Shown: positions 18,306 through 27,410 of the stretch, piece after piece | Layout of the letters: each line of letters begins with the position of its first letter | Numbering within the stretch: the stretch's first letter is position 1 | Source of the DNA: Dehalococcoidia bacterium | GTDB taxonomy: Bacteria > Chloroflexota > Dehalococcoidia > Plut-88900 | Reading direction: 5' to 3' | Assembly: GCA_965207225.1 (NCBI GenBank) | Contig: CBDBLV010000004.1 | Coordinates: forward strand, 608,001-672,000 | Length of the DNA: 64,000 nt | Translations under genes and position numbers: made by a program | The notes under the pieces: generated by a model | The model's database searches: none | The model's input: only the letters and a program-made list of their open reading frames with translations | What the model was told of the DNA's origin: nothing

Positions 18306-19163
18306 TTGAATGAAGCGCAAAATCGCAAAGGAATCGCATTCAGGGACCTGCATTTGGCTGAAGGGATATTTGTCATGCCCAACGCGTGGAACGCCGGCAG
18401 CGCCTGCATGCTCGAAGCCGCCGGCTTCTCCGCAGTGGGAACCACCAGCGCGGGAATATCCTACTGCCTGGGGCTTCCCGACTATGAAGGCGTTCTAACC
18501 CGGGAAGCAGCCCTGGAGGAGACTGGTCGGATCGCAAACTCGATTCGGGTCCCGGTCAGTATGGATGCGGAAAATGGCTACGGACACACCCCCGGGGAGG
18601 TGGCCGAGACCATCCGAAAAGTCGCGGACACCGGCGCTGTTGGCGCGAGCATCGAGGACTATGCCTTCTCTTATGGCACCGGTGAGCTTTACGATAGGGT
18701 TTTAGCGAGGGAGAGAATCGAGGCTGCGGTGACAGCAGCGGCCTCCCTGCCGTTTCCCTTTACCGTGACCGCAAGAGCAGAGTGCTATCTTGTCGGACAC
18801 CCGAACCCCTACAGGGAATCAGTGGCAAGGGCCCAATCTTATCGGGATGCGGGAGCGGATTGCCTCTATGTGCCCGGCATTACGGACGCCGAGACCATCG
18901 GCCGCCTCGTGAAAGAAGTCGATGCACCGGTCAACGTCGTCATGGGCCTTGCCGGTAGTCCAATGAGCGTGAGCCAGCTTGAGGATCTGGGGGTAAAGCG
19001 GATCAGCATTGGCGGTTCGCTTGCCCGCGCAACCTTCGGGCTCATCCGAAGAGCTGCGGCTGAAATACGTGATCGCGGCACCTTTACCTTTGCAGATGGC
19101 CAGGTGCCGGACCCCGAGCTTTGTCAGTTCTTTTCGGACCGCCTGGATGAAAAGCGAAGCTAA
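18306..19163 (+). CDS. Isocitrate lyase/PEP mutase family protein
   Basis: PNAWNAGSA, GTTSAG, PVSMDAENGYG, SIED, TARAE, AGADCLYVPG, RISIGGSL. Confidence 0.9.
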   Translation: MNEAQNRKGIAFRDLHLAEGIFVMPNAWNAGSACMLEAAGFSAVGTTSAGISYCLGLPDYEGVLTREAALEETGRIANSIRVPVSMDAENGYGHTPGEVAETIRKVADTGAVGASIEDYAFSYGTGELYDRVLARERIEAAVTAAASLPFPFTVTARAECYLVGHPNPYRESVARAQSYRDAGADCLYVPGITDAETIGRLVKEVDAPVNVVMGLAGSPMSVSQLEDLGVKRISIGGSLARATFGLIRRAAAEIRDRGTFTFADGQVPDPELCQFFSDRLDEKRS

Positions 19164-19187
19164 CTTCAATGCCAAGTGAACCGCAAG

Positions 19188-19260
19188 GGAACGGCGTACA
19201 TTCGGACAACGAAATCCTGTCTCGGGAGATCAACGAGCGGATGAGGGCGAGGGCTGAGGG
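19188..19260 (+). pseudogene. Decayed copy of the Rieske oxygenase 3' end
   Basis: Translates as NGVHSDNEILSREINERMRARAEG versus NGVYTPNEFLLREFNEWIRARVEG; about 53/73 nt identical to 17945-18017 by manual alignment. Confidence 0.7.
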
Positions 19261-19355
19261 AGATAAGCCTATCCAGTAGTGGACTTCGCGTCGACAAGAA
19301 CGGATAATGGGCTGGCGTAGACGGCACGGTTTAGCCTATTCTGGGGAGGAATATC

Positions 19356-20594
19356 ATGGGTTACACAGGCAAGGTCATTTCCGGGGATTGCCATGTAGAC
19401 ATACCATGGCTGCCAGCAGACCTGTTCACGTCTAATGCTCCGGCGTATCTGAAGGACCGGATGCCCCACGTGCAGGATACCGATGACGGGGAGCAGTGGT
19501 TTGCCGGCGACAGACAGTTGGGATGCGTCGGGGGGGCGGGCCTAGGGTTACAACCGAGCCTCTTCTGGGACCCATACGTGGCCGGGGTGAACGAGAGGCT
19601 GGACCGGATGGAAGAGAAGAACTTCTTCACCGACGCACGTCAAGGCCTGTTCCACCCCACCACCCCCGAGCTTCGCCTTAAAGACCAGGACACGGACGGA
19701 ATTTCGGGCGAGGTGCTTTACGGCGTGCTCGCCCTGGCGAGTGGATTCGGGACGACGCAGGCCGGAGAGGAAGGGGCGGTATTAGGAGGGGACGAGGCGA
19801 GCGGCCCGGGTTACGGTCTTACGGATCCCGATGCCATCCTTACAGTCTTCGAAATCTACAACCAATACATATCCGACTTTTGCAAGACGAATCCCGACAG
19901 GCTAGCGGCGTTGGGCTGCCTTTTTGCCAGGGACCCGGAAGAGGCTGCCGGACAGGCGCGCAAAGCTGCGGAGGTCGGGTTGAAGGGCACCGAGCTCAAT
20001 GTCGCCTCCACGCAAGAGCCGATTTACTTGAAGGAATGGGACCCCCTTTGGGCAGCGGTTGATGAATCAGGTCTGCCGATCGCCTTCCACACTGTCGGGT
20101 TGTCGCCCCGGGCCCCGACGAGGGAGACCACCGCAGCAGAGAAAGCGGTGATGACCGGGGTGTCACTAACGGTGTTCCAGCTCTCGGGGGCGGAGTTCGT
20201 GTCGAGCATCATATTGTCGGGCGCCTGCGAGCGATTCCCCAACATGAAGTTCGTGCTGGGAGAGTGCGGCATCGGGTGGCTGCCCTACGTCCTGTTCCGG
20301 ATGGACGATGAGGCGGAGCGCTGGAAGATCGGTGAGCATGGGTTGAAGATGAAGCCGTCCGAGTACTGGCACCGGCAGGGCTACTCCACCTTCCAGATAG
20401 AGTACTTGACCAACGAGATGGTGGACATGGTGGGCGCCGACAACATCATCTGGGGCTCCGACTACCCGCACCCCGACTGCGTCTGGCCGGACTCCCGGTC
20501 CGTAATCGACGAGAACCTGGGGCACCTGGACAAGGACAAACTGAAGAAAATCGTGTGCGACAACACGGCCAGGCTCTACGGCTTCCCCAACTAA
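19356..20594 (+). CDS. Amidohydrolase family protein (Amidohydro_2)
   Basis: SGDCH, IAFH, FVLGECGIGW, WGSDYPH. Confidence 0.9.
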   Translation: MGYTGKVISGDCHVDIPWLPADLFTSNAPAYLKDRMPHVQDTDDGEQWFAGDRQLGCVGGAGLGLQPSLFWDPYVAGVNERLDRMEEKNFFTDARQGLFHPTTPELRLKDQDTDGISGEVLYGVLALASGFGTTQAGEEGAVLGGDEASGPGYGLTDPDAILTVFEIYNQYISDFCKTNPDRLAALGCLFARDPEEAAGQARKAAEVGLKGTELNVASTQEPIYLKEWDPLWAAVDESGLPIAFHTVGLSPRAPTRETTAAEKAVMTGVSLTVFQLSGAEFVSSIILSGACERFPNMKFVLGECGIGWLPYVLFRMDDEAERWKIGEHGLKMKPSEYWHRQGYSTFQIEYLTNEMVDMVGADNIIWGSDYPHPDCVWPDSRSVIDENLGHLDKDKLKKIVCDNTARLYGFPN

Positions 20595-20647
20595 GGGCTT
20601 GCCGGAATAACAGCGCGAAGAGAGAAAGCACTTTTAGGAGAACAGTA

Positions 20648-21877
20648 ATGGGTTACACGGGCAAAGTTATCTCGGGAGACTGCCATCTGGACATTCCGTG
20701 GTTGCCGGAGGACATCTTCACTTCTCGTGCGCCAGCGCACCTGAAGGACAGGATGCCAATGGTTAAGGAAACGGACGCAGGCAGGCAGTGGTTTGCCGAG
20801 GACGGACTTCTGGGCTGGGTTGGAGGGGCGGGAATCGGCCTTGTACCCGGGGGTTGGGACCCCTATCAAGCGGGTGTATCCAACAGGATGGACCGAATGG
20901 AGGAACTGAACTTCTATTCGGACGCCGACAGGGGGCTGCTCCGGCCTGGAACGCCGGATCTGAGAATAAAGGACCAGGACGCCGACGGCATCAGTGGGGA
21001 GGTCATATACGGTGTGCTGGGGCTGGCCGGGTTCGCGGGCACCCAGGCTGATGAAGTTGAGACTATCCAGATGGGTGACGAACCGAGTGGCGCTGGCTAC
21101 GGGCTGCATGATGAGGAACTCATCACCGCTGTGTATAACGCCTACAGTGAATGGATATCCGAGTTCTGCAAGACCAGCCCAGACCGGTTTGTGGGGTTGA
21201 CCTGCCTGACCCCGAGCGACCCCCAAATTGCGGCCGGGCAGATGCGCCGGGCGGCGGAGTTGGGTCTCGGGGGAGCGGAGATTAACATAGGCTCGGCCCC
21301 GAACCCGCTCTACCACAACAGCTGGGACCCCCTCTGGGAGGCCGCCAGCGATACGGGTCTGCCCATATCTTTCCACACGGTGGGGCTCGAGCCCCGGATG
21401 CCGAGAGTGGAGGAATTCGACGACTACAAGTGGGTCATAAACGGGCTGTTCATCACCATGTTCCAATTGGCCGGTGCGGAGTACCTCGCCAGCATCATCT
21501 ATAGCGGAGCCCTGGACCGTCAGCCGAATATGAAGTTTGTGCTCGGCGAATGCGGCATCGCCTGGATCCCCTACGTGCTCTTCCGCATGGATGAAGAGTA
21601 TCAAAGACAGCTGTTCCACATCGGCCTGAGTCTGAAGCCCAGCGAATACTGGGAGAGGCAGGGTTATTCCACCTTCCAGATCGAGCACCTGACCAATGAG
21701 ATGGTAGACCTGGTGGGAGAGGACAAAATAATGTGGGGCTCCGACTATCCTCACCCCGACTGCATTTGGCCCGACTCACGAGCCGTGATCGATGAGCACC
21801 TCGGACACCTGGACGAGGCAAAGATACAGAAGCTGGTGTGTGACAACACGGCTAAACTGTACGGCTTTCCGAACTAG
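20648..21877 (+). CDS. Amidohydrolase family protein (Amidohydro_2), tandem paralog
   Basis: Same MGYTGKVISGDCH start and YGFPN end as the preceding gene; ATG behind AGGAG. Confidence 0.9.
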   Translation: MGYTGKVISGDCHLDIPWLPEDIFTSRAPAHLKDRMPMVKETDAGRQWFAEDGLLGWVGGAGIGLVPGGWDPYQAGVSNRMDRMEELNFYSDADRGLLRPGTPDLRIKDQDADGISGEVIYGVLGLAGFAGTQADEVETIQMGDEPSGAGYGLHDEELITAVYNAYSEWISEFCKTSPDRFVGLTCLTPSDPQIAAGQMRRAAELGLGGAEINIGSAPNPLYHNSWDPLWEAASDTGLPISFHTVGLEPRMPRVEEFDDYKWVINGLFITMFQLAGAEYLASIIYSGALDRQPNMKFVLGECGIAWIPYVLFRMDEEYQRQLFHIGLSLKPSEYWERQGYSTFQIEHLTNEMVDLVGEDKIMWGSDYPHPDCIWPDSRAVIDEHLGHLDEAKIQKLVCDNTAKLYGFPN

Positions 21878-21920
21878 CAGAAAACCGAGCGCCGACTGAC
21901 ACATAGCGGGGAGGAAGACG

Positions 21921-23630
21921 ATGGCTGAATTTGACGTCGTAGTCAGGAATGGGACCGTGGTTGAAGCGACGGGGATTCCCGCGTACAGGGCGGATGTCGG
22001 GATCAAGGGCGGGAAGATTGCCCAGATAAGCGGCAAGGTCCGGGGTTCGGGGGGGAAGGAGTTGGATGCCACGGATTGCATCGTGGCACCGGGGGCGGTG
22101 GAGCAGCACGCCCATTATGACGGCCAGATCAACTGGGACCCGTACTGCAGCTTGTCGGGGTGGCACGGGATGACGTCGATGACAATCGGGCACTGTGGCT
22201 ATGGCGTCGCGCCGGTCAGGCCCGAGGACCGGGAAGCCAACATGCAGCTCCATTCGCGCATCGAGGCGATACCGCTGCACTCGATGCGGGCAGGAATTCG
22301 ATGGGACTGGGTGACCTTTCCCGAATACCTGGACAGCCTTCAGCGGCAAGGGACAGGGGTGAACGTGGGGGCAATGTTTGCGTACTCACCGGCCCGGGTG
22401 TGGGTGATGGGCGCGGAGGAAGCTGCTAACCGGGGCTACGTGACGCAGGAGGAATTGGAGCAGATCCTGGCGCTGTTCAGGGAGGCGCTGGATGCGGGCG
22501 CATTCGGTTTTTCATTGAACAAGAACATGGCAGACCGTCCGGCGACCGGCGGCTACCTGCCCACCCACGTTGCCGCTGACGATGAGTTCGAGGCGATGGC
22601 GCGATTGCTGGGGGAATACGGGCTCGGGGGGATCACGATGACCCTCGGGAGCACGGATGACCAAGGCCGGGACATGCTGGTCGAGAAGATGGCCAGGGCC
22701 AGCGGTCGGCCGGTGCAGTTCGCGGCCCTGAACTACAGCGACCAGGACCCGCAGCAGTACAAGAGGCAGCTTGCCTGGGTGGAGGATGCCAAGGCTCGGG
22801 GGCTTTCGATATATGGCCAGTCTATAGCCATGCCCATCGACCCGAGGTTCAAGCTATCCGAGTTCAACCTGTTCGACGACATGCCGAACTGGTTCACGGC
22901 ACTTCTCGGGACACGAGAGGAGAGGATCGAACGACTGAACCTGAAAGAGACCCGGGACGGGATGAAGAAGGACATCGCAGAGTGGGAGGAGACGGACTTT
23001 CACAAAGACTGGTCCAAGTTCAACGTGCTGGAGACGATAAACGAGCGGAACTACAAGTACGACGGGATGAGCATTGCTGAGATAGCGGCTACTGAGGGGA
23101 AGGACCCTGTTGATGCGCTCCTGGACCTGAGCCTGGACGAGGGTCTGGAGACGGAGTTCAGTTTGTCGGGGCTGGTGGGTGGTAACCAGGCAGCAGACGT
23201 GGAGACGTTGACTCACCCGCTGACCCACCCATCGTTTTCCGATGGAGGGGCGCACGTCAGGTTCTTCACCACGAGCACATGGCCAACGTACCTGCTGAGT
23301 CACTGGGTGCGGGACGAGGGGGCACTGACCCTGGAACAGGCCCATTACAAGATGAGTGCGTTGCCTGCATGGCTGGCCGGGTTCCGGGACAGAGGAACCC
23401 TCCGGGAAGGCATGGCCGCCGACATGATCGTGTACAACCTGGACGAGATAGGCTTCGAGACGGACAAGCCCGAGTACGCCACCGACTTCCCCGGCGGCGA
23501 AAAGCGGCTCATCCAGAAGCCAAAGGGCATGCGCTACATCATGGTCAACGGCACGGTGACTTTCGAGGAGAACAGGTGCACGGGCGCACTGCCGGGCAAC
23601 GTCCTGCGGAGCTACGACATGATCGGCTAG
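21921..23630 (+). CDS. N-acyl-D-amino-acid deacylase-like amidohydrolase
   Basis: D..VRNGTVV..TG...RADVGI, HAHYDGQ, GHCG, SDGGAH, RG.LREG.AAD. Confidence 0.85.
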   Translation: MAEFDVVVRNGTVVEATGIPAYRADVGIKGGKIAQISGKVRGSGGKELDATDCIVAPGAVEQHAHYDGQINWDPYCSLSGWHGMTSMTIGHCGYGVAPVRPEDREANMQLHSRIEAIPLHSMRAGIRWDWVTFPEYLDSLQRQGTGVNVGAMFAYSPARVWVMGAEEAANRGYVTQEELEQILALFREALDAGAFGFSLNKNMADRPATGGYLPTHVAADDEFEAMARLLGEYGLGGITMTLGSTDDQGRDMLVEKMARASGRPVQFAALNYSDQDPQQYKRQLAWVEDAKARGLSIYGQSIAMPIDPRFKLSEFNLFDDMPNWFTALLGTREERIERLNLKETRDGMKKDIAEWEETDFHKDWSKFNVLETINERNYKYDGMSIAEIAATEGKDPVDALLDLSLDEGLETEFSLSGLVGGNQAADVETLTHPLTHPSFSDGGAHVRFFTTSTWPTYLLSHWVRDEGALTLEQAHYKMSALPAWLAGFRDRGTLREGMAADMIVYNLDEIGFETDKPEYATDFPGGEKRLIQKPKGMRYIMVNGTVTFEENRCTGALPGNVLRSYDMIG

Positions 23631-23654
23631 GTTGAGTTAACATAGGACTGTAGA

Positions 23655-23677
23655 AGGGGGACGGTAATCGTCCCCCT
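23655..23677 (+). terminator. Hairpin after the deacylase stop
   Basis: AGGGGGACG-GTAAT-CGTCCCCCT; no clear U-tract. Confidence 0.45.
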
Positions 23678-23681
23678 AGTC

Positions 23682-24014
23682 ATGTCCAAAACGAGAGCAG
23701 ATATGAGGATAAAGGAAGGCACGAGACAGGTTGTCCGTCGGGGGGAGGGGTTTGAGATAGAGGTGGACAGAATCCCGAGGCAGGCGTTTGAAGGGGAAAA
23801 CGTGGCCTCGGTGATGCTCGCCAGCCGGACCCGAACCCTGCGCAAAACGAGAAAAGCGGAAGAGCCCCGGGGCCTGTTCTGCGGAATCGGGGTGTGCTAC
23901 GACTGCCTCGTCGTTGTGGATGGAAGGTCGAACGTACGGGCCTGCATGACCAGGGCTTTGCCTGGAATGAAGGTGCAGACACAGGAAGGCATCGGTGGAG
24001 TGGTGGAGGGATGA
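23682..24014 (+). CDS. 2Fe-2S subunit (HcnA/opine oxidase small subunit-like)
   Basis: RGLFCGIGVCYDCLV.VDG..NVRAC; start may be 23703. Confidence 0.85.
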   Translation: MSKTRADMRIKEGTRQVVRRGEGFEIEVDRIPRQAFEGENVASVMLASRTRTLRKTRKAEEPRGLFCGIGVCYDCLVVVDGRSNVRACMTRALPGMKVQTQEGIGGVVEG

Positions 24015-25417
24015 GGGGCGTCGGCCTGGCGATAATCGGGGCGGGGCCCGCGGGGTTGTCGGCGGCGATTGCCGCGGCGAAATGCGGGCTGCGGCCAGTG
24101 GTGATTGACGAAAACCCAATGCCGGGAGGTCAGATATTCCGGCAGCTTCCGCGGGAGTTCCAGGTTGAGCTGCCGGAAGCGCTCGGCCTCACCTACGAAA
24201 AGGGTCAGAAGCTACTTACTCGGGCCTATGATGCGAATATAGAGCTGAAGCTGGGGACGACTGTATGGGGACTGTTCGATCCACTCACCCTTGGCCTGGA
24301 GTGCGATGGCAAGGCCGAGTCGCTTCAGTGCGGGGCCCTCGTTCTGGCCACGGGCGGCTATGACCGTGCGATCCCGTTTCCCGGTTGGACGCTGCCTGGG
24401 GTGATGACGTTGGGAGGTGCACAGACCTTGGTGAAGAACCAGAGAATGCTGCCTGGCAGGAAGATCATATTGTCGGGGTCGGGGCCGTTTTTACTGCCGG
24501 TGACGTCGCAGTTGGTGGAAGCAGGGGCGAACATCGTAGCCGTACTGGAAGCTTCGAAGCCGATGGGTTGGCTTCCAAGAGTGTCTGCGTTGTGGGGCCA
24601 GTGGGACCGGTTCCGGGAAGGTTGGGACTACCTGAAGCCACTGTTGAAAGCTCGGGTTGGGGTACGGTTTGGACAAGCGGTGATCGAGGCCTGGGGCAAG
24701 GAAAAGGTGGAGGGGGTGGTGACGGCATCCCTGGACGATGACTGGCGCCCCATAGCCGGTACTGAGAGGACGATATTGGTCGATGCCGTGGCTGTTGGAT
24801 ACGGGTTCTCCGTAAACACGCAACTCTCGCGGCTGTGCCGGTGCGAGCACCAGTTCAAGAAGGGATACGGGGGTTGGACGGTCAAAGTGGATAGCAGGCA
24901 AGGGACCTCTGTGGCCAAGGTGTTTGCGGCGGGAGAGACGACGGGAATCGGAGGGTCTGACATAGCGGCAGCGGAGGGATCGATTGCTGGATACTCGGCG
25001 GCTCAAGCCCTGGGGATGATATCGGAATCGGAAGCAAGGGCGCGACAGAAGCCGTACCTGGAAAGGCTGCGGAAGCTCCGCCCCTTCGCGCGGATGATGG
25101 CCGACTTGTTCAGCCCTCGGGACGGCTTATTCAATCTTACGTCGCCTGAAACAGTGGTCTGCCGGTGCGAAGAGGTTACAGCGGCGCAAATTCACGAGGC
25201 CATTGACAACGGGGCAAGTGACCTGACGGGCGTGAAGTCGAGGACACGGGCGGGGATGGGGATGTGCCAGGGCAGGGTGTGCGGGGCTTCGGTGGCGACG
25301 CTGGTGGCCCGACGGACGAGTCGCTGGCAGGGGGAGGTTGGCGCCTTCTCTGGCAGGCCCATAGTGAAACCCGTGTCGATGGGGGCACTAGCCAAGATGG
25401 GGCGAGGCGAATCGTGA
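24011..25417 (+). CDS. FAD/NAD(P) oxidoreductase with BFD-like Fe-S domain (OoxA/HcnB-like)
   Basis: IIGAGPAG, FPGWTLPGV, VCRCEEV, TRAGMGMCQGRVC, RP; ATGA overlap with the previous gene. Confidence 0.9.
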   Translation: MRGVGLAIIGAGPAGLSAAIAAAKCGLRPVVIDENPMPGGQIFRQLPREFQVELPEALGLTYEKGQKLLTRAYDANIELKLGTTVWGLFDPLTLGLECDGKAESLQCGALVLATGGYDRAIPFPGWTLPGVMTLGGAQTLVKNQRMLPGRKIILSGSGPFLLPVTSQLVEAGANIVAVLEASKPMGWLPRVSALWGQWDRFREGWDYLKPLLKARVGVRFGQAVIEAWGKEKVEGVVTASLDDDWRPIAGTERTILVDAVAVGYGFSVNTQLSRLCRCEHQFKKGYGGWTVKVDSRQGTSVAKVFAAGETTGIGGSDIAAAEGSIAGYSAAQALGMISESEARARQKPYLERLRKLRPFARMMADLFSPRDGLFNLTSPETVVCRCEEVTAAQIHEAIDNGASDLTGVKSRTRAGMGMCQGRVCGASVATLVARRTSRWQGEVGAFSGRPIVKPVSMGALAKMGRGES

Positions 25418-26568
25418 GTCCTGGCGCAACAACTGTGGATGCTGTGGTGGTGGGTGGGGGCATAGTCGGGACTTCCACGGCGTATCACCTGACCAAGATG
25501 GGGGCGAAGGTTGCCCTGTTGGAGCGCGGTGCGATCGCATCCGGAACCTCGGGGGCGTGCGACGGGCAGATATTGATAGCGGACCGGCACCCGGGCCCCG
25601 AGCTTGAGCTGGGCAAGCTGGCCGCACGCCGGTGGAAAGACCTCGCACAAGAGCTGCCCTTTGACGTGGAATACGAGGCAAACGGCAGCACTTTGATAGC
25701 CGAGGTGGAGGAAGATCTAGAGGTCTTGAGGAAGCTGGTAGATAACCTGCAAAGGGAGTCGGTGGAGGCGGAACTTGTTGATGGGCGTGCGGCGAGAGAG
25801 CTGGAGCCCAACTTGGCTCAGGACATACCGGGCCTCGCCTTCTTCCCGAGTCACGGACAGGTACAGCCGCAACTCGCCTCGTGGGCAATGGCAGAGGCCG
25901 CGAGACTCAGGGGGGCTGACGTCAGGCCTTACACACCCGTTACGGCGATCGAGCAGGATGATAATGGGAGGATCTCGGGGGTTGTGGCTGGAGAACAGAG
26001 ATTTTCAACGCCCGTAGTGGTGTGCGCGGCTGGGGCATGGAGCTCGACGATTGGGGAGATGGTGGGAGTAGATGTTCCTGTAACGCCGAGGCGAGGGCAC
26101 ATACTGGTCTCGGAGCCTGCGCCGCCGATAATCAAGCATGCGGCCATGGAGGCATCCTACACCCGGACGATAGATGCGGACGAGTCGGCGCTGGTGGTGG
26201 CGTGCGTAATCGAACACACCAAGAGCGGGCCCATGCTGTTCGGGAGCAGCCGAGAGTTCATCGGGTTTGATGGGAACGAACAGATGGCGGCCGTGACCGG
26301 CATAGCGGCGAGGGCGGTGCGTTTCTTCCCGGCGCTGGCCGGAGTGCAGATCATCCGGTGCTACACGGGATTCAGGCCGTACACCGAGGATCACCTGCCG
26401 ATCCTGGGGGCATGCGACGAAGTGCCGGGTTTCTACCTGAACACGGGTCACGAGGGCGGCGGAATCTGCATGGGGCCGGCGTCCGGGATGTTGGTGGCGC
26501 AGATGGTGTCGGGGGAGGAGACGGATATCCCGATGGAGGCGTACAACATCGCGAGGTTTGTGCAGTAG
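25414..26568 (+). CDS. FAD-dependent D-amino-acid oxidase family subunit (OoxB/HcnC-like)
   Basis: VVGGGIVG, AAGAW, P.RG, TGFRP..D.LP, TGHEGGG; GTGA overlap with the previous gene. Confidence 0.9.
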   Translation: MSPGATTVDAVVVGGGIVGTSTAYHLTKMGAKVALLERGAIASGTSGACDGQILIADRHPGPELELGKLAARRWKDLAQELPFDVEYEANGSTLIAEVEEDLEVLRKLVDNLQRESVEAELVDGRAARELEPNLAQDIPGLAFFPSHGQVQPQLASWAMAEAARLRGADVRPYTPVTAIEQDDNGRISGVVAGEQRFSTPVVVCAAGAWSSTIGEMVGVDVPVTPRRGHILVSEPAPPIIKHAAMEASYTRTIDADESALVVACVIEHTKSGPMLFGSSREFIGFDGNEQMAAVTGIAARAVRFFPALAGVQIIRCYTGFRPYTEDHLPILGACDEVPGFYLNTGHEGGGICMGPASGMLVAQMVSGEETDIPMEAYNIARFVQ

Positions 26569-26727
26569 AGGCGGCAGTGACTGCCTAGTCGGGAGTGGTC
26601 TGCCAGCGGTGCTGATTGCCCTCGTTCCGAGGAAGTGGTTTTTGATTGTTTTGCGGATTCAGGCACGGCTTTGATTGTTTAAGGAAAAAATCTTCATTTG
26701 CCTGTTCACCCTCGCCCCGCACCGCCC

Positions 26728-26797
26728 CTGGATTCCCGACTTCTCGGGAATGACGAGTAGAGGGGGATGGATTCCGGTTCGGGGGTGGGAGTGACGG
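26728..26797. repeat. Palindromic REP-like repeats (GGATTCCCG...CGGGAATGAC type), one intact and one degenerate
   Basis: CTGGATTCCCGACTTCTCGGGAATGACG at 26728-26755; degenerate TGGATTCCGG...GGGAGTGACG follows. Confidence 0.6.
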
Positions 26798-26884
26798 GTT
26801 AGATGGGTGGGGATGATTGTGGGGGAGGTGGGGTTGTTTGGTTGTGGGGTCTGGGTTTGCATTTTGTCTGTTGGGTTTTGGGTC

Positions 26885-27395
26885 GGCGATGGAAGACGCT
26901 GTCCGGACTTTGACCCTGTTCCTATCCAGGCAGCTTGTAGGTGTCCCGGGGTCGGGGGACACCTGCCGCCGGCAATTGCTATGCCTCCACGTACTAAGTA
27001 CGGGCTTGCACGCCACACAGGCCGCGAGCAATCGCCAAGCGTCCTCGTACCAAGCAAGTACGGGCCGCAGGCCACTTACGCCGGTGAGTTCAACCGGCCA
27101 GGCCCAGCTCCCTGAGAGAGCGGCAGCATTGGGCCGCCGTCGAAACGGCTTTGTCTTGCCCTGCCGCCAGAGCGCATCTAGGCGCTCGGCCCGCCTCAAA
27201 CGACGTCGAAAGGACTCGCAGGGGGCCGGCCTCGACCCTCACGTATAAGAGGGGAGGCCAAGGCCTCTACCCTCATGCACTGAGGGGGAGGCCGGACGGG
27301 AACGGTGTAGACCAGAGCGTCTATCCATCGCCTGGAAGACCAGGGAAGAGTGCATGGGACCCTGTGGGGTCGGGTGGGCTTCCCCGGTTTTTTGG
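26885..27395. ncRNA. Candidate large structured non-coding RNA (about 500 nt), family unrecognised, strand unresolved
   Basis: 16-bp closing helix 26885-26900/27316-27332 encloses about ten hairpins; no credible protein in any frame. Confidence 0.55.
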
Positions 27396-27410
27396 TTCCC
27401 CCTTTGGATA

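Noticed and set aside
26885-27395. RNase P, tmRNA, group II intron or HDV-like ribozyme identity for the structured element
   Set aside because: AAAGTCCGGAC on the minus strand lacks the GAGG prefix and is at the wrong end. There are no tRNA-like ends and no domain V. The TCCACGT/TCCTCGT loops lack a closing P3 helix.
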